In this document: positions 37,340 to 47,146 of the stretch, one piece after another
Layout: every line of letters starts with the position of its first letter
How positions within the stretch are numbered: position 1 is the first letter of the stretch
Assembly (NCBI GenBank): GCA_040755155.1
Contig: JBFMBP010000143.1
Span: forward strand, 35,309 to 99,308
Length of the DNA stretch: 64,000 bases
From: Candidatus Omnitrophota bacterium
GTDB lineage: Bacteria; Hinthialibacterota; Hinthialibacteria; Hinthialibacterales; Hinthialibacteraceae
Reading direction: 5' to 3'
Translations under genes and position numbers: made by a program
Notes under the pieces: generated by a model
Told to the model about the DNA's origin: nothing
What the model saw: the letters and a program-made list of their open reading frames with translations, nothing else
Database searches by the model: none

Positions 37340-38359
37340 TTACTCCCAATCGATCTCTCCTTTCCGGCAGCGTTCTTTTATGTTATCCAGCACCAGCTGG
37401 AGTACTTCCTCGATGGAGCCTTTGATTCTGGCCCCGGCGGCGCGGGCGTGGCCGCCGCCTCCAAATAGGCGGGCGGAGACGGCGATGTCGGCGCCGTCGC
37501 GGGAACGCCAACTGACTTTGACTTTTCCCTCCGGCTCCTCGCGCAAATAAATCCCGATGCGAACCCCCTCGATGGTGCGCACCATGTCGCAGAAGCCGTC
37601 GTCTTCCCACCAGTCGGCGTTGGCGCGTTCGAACATCGACAAGGTGGTGTACATGGAACCTACCTTGCCGTCCATGTAAACCTCGATGGTTCGATAGGCT
37701 TCGGACATCAGCCGCAGGCGGGAAAATCGCGTGGTGCCGAACACCGGCTCGTGAACTTTTTCCGGATTGACTCCCAAGCGAAGACATTCGGCGGCGATGG
37801 CGTGCGCTTCTTCCGTGGTATTGTTGAGATGAAAATTCTGAGTGTCTACGATAAGGCCAAGGTAGATCGGCTCCGCGATATCCAGCGTCAATCGTTTGTT
37901 CAAATGGCGCAGAAAACGGCGCAGGAGCATTGTCGTCGAAGAGGCGCGATCGTCCACGATGGAAAGGCCTTCGAAACTGTGATAAGGCGGATGATGATCG
38001 ATGCAAATTTTTTCCGTGGGCGTTTGCGCCAATTCGGCGCCCAACTTGCCTAATCTTTTCCATTCGCCCGCGTCCACGATGACGATTGCTTCCCGGCTGG
38101 AAAAATCGATTTTTTCTTTGCTGTTGATTTTCAATTCCTCCGGCGAATAGAAGGGCGTAAACATAGCGCCTGGATCCTCATCCATTACCCACCAAACGTC
38201 TTTGCCCAGACGCTTGAGAATGCGGACTAAGGCGAGAGAAGAACCTACCGCGTCTCCGTCGGGCCGGATATGGCTGGCGACGGCGAAACGGGACGTCCTC
38301 TCGATGACGCCGTTCAGTTTATCCCATAAAGGAGCAAGTTCGTCTTGACGCAACGGCAA
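37340..38359 (-). CDS. nrnA: DHH/DHHA1 phosphoesterase (NrnA-like oligoribonuclease / pAp phosphatase)
   Basis: HIRPDGDAVGSSLAL (motif I/II), IDHHP (motif III) and a C-terminal GGGH (DHHA1). Confidence 0.8.
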   Translation of the reverse strand: MPLRQDELAPLWDKLNGVIERTSRFAVASHIRPDGDAVGSSLALVRILKRLGKDVWWVMDEDPGAMFTPFYSPEELKINSKEKIDFSSREAIVIVDAGEWKRLGKLGAELAQTPTEKICIDHHPPYHSFEGLSIVDDRASSTTMLLRRFLRHLNKRLTLDIAEPIYLGLIVDTQNFHLNNTTEEAHAIAAECLRLGVNPEKVHEPVFGTTRFSRLRLMSEAYRTIEVYMDGKVGSMYTTLSMFERANADWWEDDGFCDMVRTIEGVRIGIYLREEPEGKVKVSWRSRDGADIAVSARLFGGGGHARAAGARIKGSIEEVLQLVLDNIKERCRKGEIDWE

Positions 38360-38404
38360 ACACCTCGATCGGCGATAACGCCGAAAATAATAAAACGGAA
38401 ATCC

Positions 38405-39055
38405 TTAAGTTGCAGGCGGCTTTTGAGCGAATAGGATAAGCAAAGAACCGCGATCGAAAAAGCCTTGTATTTTGTCTATCCATTTCTTAAGAATAAACGG
38501 CTGGCCGCCGCTATTCGCTTTATAGGGCGCCCAAACGGGATCGCCCATTTCCGGCGCGATGACGCCGCCCGGTTCGAAACCCGACTGGGCTATTATAGCG
38601 GAGAAGGATTCTCGGTTGAACGTGCGCTTAACGGCGCAGGAGGCGGGAAGGACGGGCCATCCGCTTCCATTCCATATTTCCGCGATCAAGTATCCCGTCG
38701 GCGCGGCGGCGGCGAAGGCGGCCTGCAAGGTTTTTTCAGGATGCTCGTCATAAGACAAAAGGCCGCGAATGCGAATCAAGTCGTAAGACGAGCGCGGGAT
38801 GCCTGCCTCCGCTGGATGGCCGGTTATCATGAGGACTTGATATTCGTCGAACGCTGCCTTGGCGCAATCGGGATCGTCCGCAACGCCCAAACATTCCCAA
38901 CCGCGGCTTTGAAAATAGGCCAGATAAGCGCCGTCCCCGCAGCCGAATTCGAGCATACGCCCTTGGCCCAATCCTGTGATGCGGGCAATTTCGACGAGCT
39001 GGCGCTCCGCCGCCAATCGATGATCGATCCAATCGTAGAAAGGCGAATGACTCAT
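38405..39055 (-). CDS. Class I SAM-dependent methyltransferase
   Basis: MLEFGCGDGAYLAYF is a glycine-rich SAM loop. The start was moved to the internal MSHSPFYDW. Confidence 0.65.
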   Translation of the reverse strand: MSHSPFYDWIDHRLAAERQLVEIARITGLGQGRMLEFGCGDGAYLAYFQSRGWECLGVADDPDCAKAAFDEYQVLMITGHPAEAGIPRSSYDLIRIRGLLSYDEHPEKTLQAAFAAAAPTGYLIAEIWNGSGWPVLPASCAVKRTFNRESFSAIIAQSGFEPGGVIAPEMGDPVWAPYKANSGGQPFILKKWIDKIQGFFDRGSLLILFAQKPPAT

Positions 39056-39164
39056 ATTAATCCATCCATCGTCGTGAAGGCGTAAAAATCGAATAAAGGA
39101 ATCATAAAAAGAGAATAGCGTGAAGAGAGGAATAGGCGCAACAAGAAAAGAGGGAAAAGAAGGA

Positions 39165-40124
39165 TTATTTCGTCGTTTTTCGGGGCAGCCAAAAGCGGCG
39201 GCGGATGAACCCAATGGTCCAGAAATAAGGCGCTTTTATCGCCTGCGTAGAATAAGCCCGCAACAAGGGGATGAATTGTTTCAAAAAGCCGCAGCGCTTG
39301 ATCCATTGATATTCGGCGGGGAGAAAAACGAAGAGAAAATAGCGCAGGCCGAAATGTTTGAAGATGAAGCGAAGGCGTCCCCGGTGGTATTTGTAATAAT
39401 ATTTTTGGCTTTGCTTCTTAGTGCCGAAAGTTTCGTAGTGCAGGACGACGGAACTGGGTTGATAGAGAATCCGATAGCCCATATCGTGAATGCGGCGGCA
39501 GATATCCAAATCCTCGTAGTAAAGCGGGAAGCCTTCGTCCAATCCTCCCGCCCGTTCCAGAAGATCGCGCCGGATGGCCAACGAGGCGCCGGTGATGTAT
39601 TCCACTTCGCGGGGAAAATCGTATTCCCCCGTATCAGGCAATGCGTAGCCTTCGTGATACGTTAAGCCGTTGGGACGCATTCCGCCGCCAGCGAACTGGA
39701 TGTTTTTCCCATCCAGAAAAAGCAGCTTCGAACCAGTAACGCCCACGCCGCCGCTTTCCTTGAAGGGGCGGATCAACTCAATCAACCAATCGCGGCGTAC
39801 GGCCGTATCGACGTTGAGCAGAACGATGATCTCGCCTCGCGCTACTTTCACGCCCAGGTTGCATCCTTTGGGGAAGCCGTAGTTTTTGGGATTTTCGACG
39901 ATGGTGATGCAATCCTGCATCTGACGGGCGATATCCAGAGAATCGTCCGTCGAGGCGTTATCCACCAGGAGAATTTCCTTGGGTTCGTAAGGATCGGATA
40001 AAACGGTTTCCAGACAGCGTTTGATGAATTGTTTTCCGTTATAGTTCAAAATCACGATGGAAACGAAAGGATTTTCGTTTTGAGGGATTCGATTTTCGGG
40101 ATGGGGTCCATTCATTGCATTCAA
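39165..40124 (-). CDS. Family 2 glycosyltransferase
   Basis: VSIVILNYNGKQFIKRCLETV…LVDNASTDDS…DTA…. Confidence 0.85.
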   Translation of the reverse strand: MNAMNGPHPENRIPQNENPFVSIVILNYNGKQFIKRCLETVLSDPYEPKEILLVDNASTDDSLDIARQMQDCITIVENPKNYGFPKGCNLGVKVARGEIIVLLNVDTAVRRDWLIELIRPFKESGGVGVTGSKLLFLDGKNIQFAGGGMRPNGLTYHEGYALPDTGEYDFPREVEYITGASLAIRRDLLERAGGLDEGFPLYYEDLDICRRIHDMGYRILYQPSSVVLHYETFGTKKQSQKYYYKYHRGRLRFIFKHFGLRYFLFVFLPAEYQWIKRCGFLKQFIPLLRAYSTQAIKAPYFWTIGFIRRRFWLPRKTTK

Positions 40125-40260
40125 TTTATAAAAACATGGAAGTCCAACAAACTACTAATTCGTCCCGCTTACGATGGAATGCGAGATTCCATCTTCAAAG
40201 GATGGAATATGAGAATAAGAAAGCTATTTACGTTAATGGAATTTATGGAAAAGTAAATCC

Positions 40261-41310
40261 CTAGGCGGTTTTGCTTTGCGGCATATCCTCGATCGGTTTG
40301 GCGAAAATCATCCGCCCCGCTGAGGTTTGCAGAACGGACGCGGCGCTGACGTCCACGGTTTTTCCCATATATTTTCTTCCATTTTCCACAACAACCATGG
40401 TTCCATCGTCAAGATAGCCGACGCCCTGATTGGCTTCTTTGCCTTCGCGGATGATATGAATTTGAATTTCTTCGCCGGGGAGGACTGCGGTTTTCAGAGA
40501 TTGGGCGAGCTGGTTGATATTCATGACCTGGATTCCCTCAATCTGCGCCACCTTGCTGAGGTTGAAATCCATGGTGATCAGCGTTCCCTCGTACTTTTTG
40601 GAAAGGGCGAGCAATTTTTTATCCACGCCGGCCAGATTGGGAAAATCCTCTTCCAATATCTCCACTTCGCAGCCGACGGAATTTTGCAGACGTTTGGAGA
40701 TGTCCAGCCCCCTCCGTCCCTTGGATCGCTTGAAATAATCCTCGGAATCGGAAAGCGTCTGGAGTTCGTTGACGACGAAGGAGGGGATGACGATCAATCC
40801 TTCCAAAAATCCCGCTTCGGAAATTTCGGTAATGCGTCCGTCGATAAGGACGCTGGTATCGAGAATTTTGGCGCCGTACAACCGGTCTTCGGTATGGGCG
40901 AGGAGAGATTTGAAATTAAGACGGTGAGCGTTGCGCAATCCGATGGTAATGCCGAAATAGCCTAGAAAAAGATGCAGAGAAAAGCGCGTCATATCCGTAT
41001 TGTAATGAGGTTGATTTTCCGGAATGACGTATTGAATCAAAACGGAGGTGGAAAGGCCGCATACCAGGCCGAAGAGGCCGATCAACAATTCCTGGGGGTA
41101 GGCGTGACGGATCTGGCTTTCGATGATGACGATGATAATGGCGGCCATGGCGCCGCAGCAAACGTAAATATAACGGTCGAAATCGCGGATGTAGGGATGA
41201 TGCAGCGCCCATTGATGAACCATGAAGGTTACAATGATGATGAACATCAAGCGGACAACCCGCAAGAAGGGAGTATCGTTTTCAGGACGGTCGACGTATC
41301 GCGGTTTCAT
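40261..41310 (-). CDS. YacL-like membrane PIN-domain protein with a C-terminal TRAM domain
   Basis: Four N-terminal TM helices. PIN region (ILDTSVLIDGRITEI…). C-terminal TRAM-like GKTVDVSAASVLQTSAGRMIFAK. It lies immediately downstream of radA, as yacL does in Firmicutes. Confidence 0.7.
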   Translation of the reverse strand: MKPRYVDRPENDTPFLRVVRLMFIIIVTFMVHQWALHHPYIRDFDRYIYVCCGAMAAIIIVIIESQIRHAYPQELLIGLFGLVCGLSTSVLIQYVIPENQPHYNTDMTRFSLHLFLGYFGITIGLRNAHRLNFKSLLAHTEDRLYGAKILDTSVLIDGRITEISEAGFLEGLIVIPSFVVNELQTLSDSEDYFKRSKGRRGLDISKRLQNSVGCEVEILEEDFPNLAGVDKKLLALSKKYEGTLITMDFNLSKVAQIEGIQVMNINQLAQSLKTAVLPGEEIQIHIIREGKEANQGVGYLDDGTMVVVENGRKYMGKTVDVSAASVLQTSAGRMIFAKPIEDMPQSKTA

Positions 41311-41341
41311 GTTAGACGGCCATTGGCGATCATAAGCGGCT

Positions 41342-42721
41342 CTATAAAGAAGGAAAGAAGGCTTCTTTCGCCTGTTCCACGGCTTTAACTTGGCGAATTC
41401 CTTCCAACGCGATTCCTTGCCGCGTCAGCTCGCGCCCGTTGCCTTCGGGAATCATTCCGTAATTATACCCCAATTGCCGGGCTTCGAGAATCCGCTGCCA
41501 GGCGCCGCGAACGGGGCGCAATTCGCCGGATAAGCCAATCTCTCCATATAGAATGTATTGCGAAGGAAGGGAAATGTCAAAAAAACTCGAAAGAATCGCT
41601 ATGGCGATGCCCAGATCGCCCGCCGGTTCGTCAATGGTGATGCCGCCGGTTACGTTTACGAAAATGTCCCTTTGCCCCAGCGGGATTTGCAAGCGTTTTT
41701 CCAGAACGGCGAGGATCATGGCCAGGCGGTTGGCATCGACGCCGCTCACGGCGCGGCGGGGAAAGCCGTAGCCATGATAAGGCGCCGCAAGGGCTTGGAC
41801 TTCGATAAGCAGCGGACGGGCGCCTTCCATAGCGACAGTAACGGCCGAACCCGGCGGCCGCTCCCCGCTCGCCCCCGCGAAAGCGCCGGCGGGATTGACG
41901 ACTTCGATCAAGCCCGATCCGGTCATCTCAAAGACGCCGATTTCGTGGGTGGCGCCGAAGCGGTTCTTGGCGCCGCGCAACAGGCGGTAATGATGATGGC
42001 GGTCGCCCTCGAAATAAAGGACGACATCCACCAAATGCTCCATCATTCGCGGTCCGGCGATATTTCCTTCCTTCGTCACATGTCCGACTAGAATAATAGC
42101 CGTGTTCGTCTCTTTAGCCAATTGTACGAGAAGAGCGGTGCAATCGCGTACCTGGCCGACGCTGCCGGGCGCGGAAGATAGTTCCGACCACATTGTGGTT
42201 TGTATGGAATCCACGATGGCCAAAAACGGGCGCATCGATCTTATATCCGCTATCATCTCCTCCACGCGGTTTTCCGATTTGACGTACAATTCGGGGGGCA
42301 GGGAAGCGATACGCTCGGCGCGCAGTTTGATTTGAGAGGGGGATTCTTCGCCGCTGATGTAAAGTACGCCGCCGTATTCGGAAGCGATGCGGTCGGCGAT
42401 TTGCAATAGGAGAGTAGACTTGCCGATGCCCGGTTCGCCGCCGAGAAGAATGGCCGATCCGGGAAGAACTCCGCCGCCTAACACGCGATTCGCCTCGGCG
42501 AAGCCGGAACTGTACCTCTGGCTTTCGGTGGATGATACGTCGCGCAAAACTTGGGGTTTGCTGGAGGTTTTTTCCTTGCCCAGGGTTTCCTCGCGGAGAG
42601 TGGGCGGGCGGGATAGCTCTTCCGCGGCGGTATTCCATTCGCCGCAGAGAGGACAGCGGCCGAACCATTTGCTTTGGCTGCCTCCGCAGGCGGAGCATAC
42701 GTAAATGGATTTGTTTTTCAT
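41342..42721 (-). CDS. radA: DNA repair protein RadA/Sms
   Basis: N-terminal C4 zinc finger (CSACGGSQSKWFGRCPLCGEWNT), Walker A GGEPGIGKSTLLLQ, the KNRFG motif and a Lon-like C-terminus. Confidence 0.9.
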   Translation of the reverse strand: MKNKSIYVCSACGGSQSKWFGRCPLCGEWNTAAEELSRPPTLREETLGKEKTSSKPQVLRDVSSTESQRYSSGFAEANRVLGGGVLPGSAILLGGEPGIGKSTLLLQIADRIASEYGGVLYISGEESPSQIKLRAERIASLPPELYVKSENRVEEMIADIRSMRPFLAIVDSIQTTMWSELSSAPGSVGQVRDCTALLVQLAKETNTAIILVGHVTKEGNIAGPRMMEHLVDVVLYFEGDRHHHYRLLRGAKNRFGATHEIGVFEMTGSGLIEVVNPAGAFAGASGERPPGSAVTVAMEGARPLLIEVQALAAPYHGYGFPRRAVSGVDANRLAMILAVLEKRLQIPLGQRDIFVNVTGGITIDEPAGDLGIAIAILSSFFDISLPSQYILYGEIGLSGELRPVRGAWQRILEARQLGYNYGMIPEGNGRELTRQGIALEGIRQVKAVEQAKEAFFPSL

Positions 42722-42736
42722 GGCCGCCTTGGAGTA

Positions 42737-44281
42737 TTAAAACCGCATAATCATACCCACATTGGGATATCGCTCGTCCGTAACGTCCTGCAAACCGCCG
42801 ACGAGGGAAATTCCATCCCAGATTTCGATTTCGGAATAAGCGTCCAGCCGTTCTTTATGGTTATGAGTGAGACCGACGCCCTCCAAACCTAATGTGAGCC
42901 AATCCAGAATGCGGACGTCGATGCCCGCCCCGACTTCCGATTCGATCATGCCGCCATGGAACGCGAAGACGCCCCAGCGATAACCAAATTGGGCTTCCAA
43001 ATCGTTCGACGATCCCAGATTGTTTCCACCGGCGTATAGATAGAAAGCTTCGGAGGCGTCGTATTGAATGCCGAAGTCGGCGCGGACGTTATTATCGTCC
43101 TCGTCGAAACGCGGGCTGTCGGGATAGTAGCGCAGGTCTGTTACGAAGGAAAACTTCTTGGGAAAATCGGAAACGCCGGAAAGAAGGCCGGAAGCGCCGT
43201 TTACTGTATCTTTCGTGTTCTTGGCCAATTCTTTATCGTAAATAAGATTGTGAACTAAGCCTTCCCCTTCTTGAAATTCCCGCAGAATTTCATCGACGCG
43301 CCCAGATGCTTTTTTCGCCTGATCCGTTATTTCCCGTACATTTGTCATGGTCTTGTTGATTTCAGGTCGATTCTCTTCGATGATAGCGTCCATCTTGGCG
43401 AGAACATGAGTGGCTTTCTGGCCGGATTCGTTCAGGCTGACGGAGAAAGCTTTCAACTGATTCGACATTTCTTTCAGATCAGCGGCTAAATTCGTATTCA
43501 ATTCGTCCGAAAGTAAAGCCGTGTTTTGAAAAGTTTTATTGGCGCTGGAGATCAGCTGATCGATCTCTTTTTTGTTGCTTGATATCAAGGAGTTGCCGTC
43601 AGCGATAAAAATTTCCGCCGTGGCGAGAAGTGTATGCGCTTGAGCCGTGGCGATTTCGATGTTTTCCAGGATTTTTTCAATGCGTTTTTGTTCGCCGCCG
43701 ATCATGTCGTTAAGACTTTTTGAAAAACCCTCAAGATTGGCGATCAGTTGGATGATATTTTTCTGAAGCGACTCGTCGCCGAAAATAGCATTAAGCGATT
43801 TCACCGTTTCGCGGACATCGTCGGAAAGGGCGGCGGCGCTTTCGATAACTTTATCCAGCTCTTGCGGTCCTTGGCCCGTCAACCGCGTGGGCGGCGGACC
43901 GTCCTTGATGAGGGGAATTGCTGGATCCCCTCCCCCAAAGCCGATCTCCACATATTTTTCTCCCATCATCCCTAAGGTTTGAATGGTGGCGATGGAGTCC
44001 ATAGAAATGATGGCGTTATCCGATACGCTGATCTCGACGACGATATAGTATTCCGGCGTAGGTTTTTTGACGGTTGCGCGGGCGATGCGTCCCACTTCGC
44101 CGATATCGAATCCCGCCTGTTTGACCGGGGCGCCTTTTTCCAAGGTGCCGATATTGCGAAAATAAACAGTATAGTTGGTATAGGAACGAGTAAAGAAAAG
44201 AGCGCCCATATTGACAGTGAAAAAGAAAAATGCCAATAAGACGATCACGACGAACAATCCGAGTTTGGCTTCCTTATCCAT
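42737..44281 (-). CDS. MlaD-like MCE-domain protein with a long coiled-coil extension and a β-rich C-terminal domain
   Basis: N-terminal TM segment plus MCE core (YTVYFRNIGTLEKGAPVKQAGFDIGEVGRI…). About 230 aa of heptad-rich helix. The C-terminal 130 aa has an alternating aromatic β-pattern and ends in F. Confidence 0.7.
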   Translation of the reverse strand: MDKEAKLGLFVVIVLLAFFFFTVNMGALFFTRSYTNYTVYFRNIGTLEKGAPVKQAGFDIGEVGRIARATVKKPTPEYYIVVEISVSDNAIISMDSIATIQTLGMMGEKYVEIGFGGGDPAIPLIKDGPPPTRLTGQGPQELDKVIESAAALSDDVRETVKSLNAIFGDESLQKNIIQLIANLEGFSKSLNDMIGGEQKRIEKILENIEIATAQAHTLLATAEIFIADGNSLISSNKKEIDQLISSANKTFQNTALLSDELNTNLAADLKEMSNQLKAFSVSLNESGQKATHVLAKMDAIIEENRPEINKTMTNVREITDQAKKASGRVDEILREFQEGEGLVHNLIYDKELAKNTKDTVNGASGLLSGVSDFPKKFSFVTDLRYYPDSPRFDEDDNNVRADFGIQYDASEAFYLYAGGNNLGSSNDLEAQFGYRWGVFAFHGGMIESEVGAGIDVRILDWLTLGLEGVGLTHNHKERLDAYSEIEIWDGISLVGGLQDVTDERYPNVGMIMRF

Positions 44282-44293
44282 GAGAATCTCTTT

Positions 44294-45124
44294 CTACATA
44301 TTGGAAAGCGGGCCTTCCGATTTGCCTTGAATGAACTGCTGCAGAAGAGCGTCGCCGGAGGCTTTGATCTCCTCCGGCGTTCCGTCGAATATGATTTTGC
44401 CTTCGAAAAGCATAGCCATCTTGGTGGCAATCTTGAAAGCGCTGACCATGTCATGGGTGATGACGATGGAGGTAACTTTCAATTCGTCTGACAATTTGAT
44501 GATGAGATCGTTGATGGCGTCCGCCGTAACGGGATCGAGTCCCGTCGTCGGTTCGTCGTAGAGGATGATTTTGGGATGTTGGATGATGGCGCGAGCAAGC
44601 CCGACGCGTTTTCTCATGCCGCCGGAGAGTTCGGACGGCATCTTTTCCAGTATGTCGCCTAATCGAACCATGCGCAGCACATCGATGACCCGGTCGCGGA
44701 TATCGTTTTCGCTATGGGCGCCTTCTTCATAAAGCGAGAAACCGACGTTGTGAAGAATATCGAGCGAATCGAAAAGCGCCGCATTCTGAAAAAGAACGCC
44801 GATTTTTTTTCTTACGGGAAGCAACTGTTTTTCGTTGTACGTTGAGATTTCCTCGCCGTCCACGTAAACTAAGCCTTCATCGGGTTGGAAAAGGCCGCAG
44901 ATATGTTTGAAAAGGACGCTTTTGCCCTCGCCGCTGCGGCCCATGACTACGCGGGTTTCGCCCGATGCGATTGATAACGAAGCGCCGCCAAGAATTTTTC
45001 TTCCCCCCAGCCGTTTATGCACATTGACCAACCGCACCATCTCGCCATTGCCGGAGGGTTGCGAAGAAGACGCCGTGCGGACTTCGGCGGAAGCCTTCAT
45101 GAGGGTAGCAGTTGAATAATCCAT
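44294..45124 (-). CDS. mlaF: ABC transporter ATP-binding protein MlaF-like
   Basis: Walker A GRSGEGKS, signature LSGGMRKRV, Walker B ILYDEPTTGLD. The start is uncertain (45124 or the internal M at 45040). Confidence 0.85.
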   Translation of the reverse strand: MDYSTATLMKASAEVRTASSSQPSGNGEMVRLVNVHKRLGGRKILGGASLSIASGETRVVMGRSGEGKSVLFKHICGLFQPDEGLVYVDGEEISTYNEKQLLPVRKKIGVLFQNAALFDSLDILHNVGFSLYEEGAHSENDIRDRVIDVLRMVRLGDILEKMPSELSGGMRKRVGLARAIIQHPKIILYDEPTTGLDPVTADAINDLIIKLSDELKVTSIVITHDMVSAFKIATKMAMLFEGKIIFDGTPEEIKASGDALLQQFIQGKSEGPLSNM

Positions 45125-45942
45125 GATGTCAATAGGAAATTAGCGATCAATATGAGTATGGACGCCATAACCACCGATTCCGTGGTGGCGCGGCCTACGC
45201 CTTCCGCGCCGAATCCGGTTTGAAATCCTTTATAGCAGCCAACGATGGCCACAATCATTCCAAAAAATATTGTTTTGATTAATCCGCCGATATAGTCGGG
45301 AAGCGTTAGAAATTTCCACGTGTTAGTCAAATACAAACCGGGAGTAATTTGCAAAACCAGCACGCCTACCACGAAGCCCCCGGCGATTCCGACGGTGATG
45401 GCGAGAACAGTCAGGGCGGGAAACATGAGCGTCGCCGCGATGAAGCGCGGGACGACGAGATAACTGATGGGATTCGTTCCCAGCGTTTTGAGGGCGTCGA
45501 TCTGTTCCGTTACTTTCATCGTGCCGATCTCCGCCGCGATGCCCGCCGCCACACGGCCCGCCAACACGACGGAAGTGAGCACCGGTCCGATCTCGCGGGT
45601 AAAACTCTTGGCGGAGATGCCGCTGGAATAAATCTTCATGCCCAATGGCTTCAACTGAACGCCGGTCTGTAAAACCAGCACCATCCCCGTAAAGGCGGCG
45701 GTGAGCAGGGCGATAGGAACCGACATGACGCCGATGGCAACCATTTGTTCCACGGTGAGACGAATCCGCCACGGCGGCTGCACGCTCAAGGCGACGGTTT
45801 GCAGGAAAAGATGAGTCAATTCGCCGGCGCGCTCGAAAATCAGCCGCGTATTTCGTCCTATATTCGATAAAAATCGAAAGGAGGCGTTTTGTTTTTGCGT
45901 AATGGCATTCATTGGAGAACCGAATTTTCGTTTACGGCCCAA
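45097..45942 (-). CDS. mlaE: ABC transporter permease MlaE-like
   Basis: Multi-TM; LTVEQMVAIGVMSVPIALLTAAFTGMVL matches the MlaE/TTG2B family. Confidence 0.85.
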   Translation of the reverse strand: MGRKRKFGSPMNAITQKQNASFRFLSNIGRNTRLIFERAGELTHLFLQTVALSVQPPWRIRLTVEQMVAIGVMSVPIALLTAAFTGMVLVLQTGVQLKPLGMKIYSSGISAKSFTREIGPVLTSVVLAGRVAAGIAAEIGTMKVTEQIDALKTLGTNPISYLVVPRFIAATLMFPALTVLAITVGIAGGFVVGVLVLQITPGLYLTNTWKFLTLPDYIGGLIKTIFFGMIVAIVGCYKGFQTGFGAEGVGRATTESVVMASILILIANFLLTSWIIQLLPS

Positions 45943-45993
45943 CTGCTTTCCAGCGCCGATACCTAGCCGTATGCGTTGCGGATGATAGTCTTG

Positions 45994-46932
45994 CTATCCC
46001 CTCGCCTTCAATTCATCTACGTATTTCGTCGCCGCAATAGCGGCGGTAACGCCGTCTCCCGCCGAACTCGCCAATTGCTTGGCCGCCTCGATGCGGCAAT
46101 CCCCGCATGCGAAAACGCCGGGAAGGGATGTTCTCATCCATAGATCAACTTTAATTAAGCCGTGATCGTCCATATCTACAAGGTTTTCCACCAATTTCGT
46201 GTTGGGGATGTGACCTACGAAGATGAAGACGCCATCGATGGGATGAAGACGAGTTTCTTCCGTCTTGACGTTTTTCAACGTCACGCCGGTTACTTTATTT
46301 TTATCGCTATGAATTTCAATCACTGCCGAATCCCAAACGAATTTCATCTTCTCATGGGAAAGAGCGCGTTCCTGGAGAATTTTACTCGCCCGCAGCTGAT
46401 CTCGGCGATGGACGATGGTAACGCTGGAAGCGAAGCGGGTAAGGAAAATCCCCTCTTCCACCGCCGCGTCTCCGCCCCCTACGACGATAACGTCCTTATT
46501 GCGGAAAAAAGCCCCGTCGCAGGTGGCGCAATAGGATACGCCCGTCCCGATGTTTTTGTTTTCACCGGGAACGTTCAACTTGCGGGGATCGGCCCCCATG
46601 GCGCAGATCACCGATAAGGCTTCATATTCTTTATTGTCGGCGGCGACGATAAAACCTTTCATTATAGGACGGATTTCCCGCACCGTTGCGTTGATCAATT
46701 CGGCGCCGAAATGTTCCGCTTGTTTCTGAAAGAGCTCGGCGAGTTGCAGACCGGGGACGCTTTGCGGGAAGCCGGGATAATTCTCTACGGCTTCCGTTAA
46801 AGATATCTGGCCGCCGGTCGCGCCTTTTTCTACGATCAGAGTGCGAAGCCGTCCGCGGGCGGCGTAAATGGCGGCGGCAAGCCCCGCCGGACCTCCGCCG
46901 ATGATAAGGCAGTCGTAAATCGCATCAGGCAT
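45994..46932 (-). CDS. trxB: Thioredoxin-disulfide reductase
   Basis: FAD site IIGGGPAGLAAAIYAAR, redox-active CATCDG and NADPH site GGGDAA. Confidence 0.9.
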   Translation of the reverse strand: MPDAIYDCLIIGGGPAGLAAAIYAARGRLRTLIVEKGATGGQISLTEAVENYPGFPQSVPGLQLAELFQKQAEHFGAELINATVREIRPIMKGFIVAADNKEYEALSVICAMGADPRKLNVPGENKNIGTGVSYCATCDGAFFRNKDVIVVGGGDAAVEEGIFLTRFASSVTIVHRRDQLRASKILQERALSHEKMKFVWDSAVIEIHSDKNKVTGVTLKNVKTEETRLHPIDGVFIFVGHIPNTKLVENLVDMDDHGLIKVDLWMRTSLPGVFACGDCRIEAAKQLASSAGDGVTAAIAATKYVDELKARG

Positions 46933-47146
46933 TCGTTTTTCCTTTTTCTTTTTTATATATTAAACTGGGCAATAGAGAATTTATAAAGGATAGTCGATCG
47001 TATTAAACTGGCAAGATTGAATTTCATGGCGAATTCACGAGATTTTGTCCATAAGGAGATGGGTTGATTCTCGCTTCGATTGCAGGCAGTATGAGAAAGC
47101 TGTTTCGGCGAGACTGGACGATCGAAATAAAAGAAAGGCTCGAAGG

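Noticed and set aside
37383-38063. 226-aa Arg-rich − strand ORF in an alternative frame
   Set aside because: It overlaps nrnA in another frame. NrnA has the DHH motifs, whereas the alternative product is low-complexity Arg/Gly-rich.
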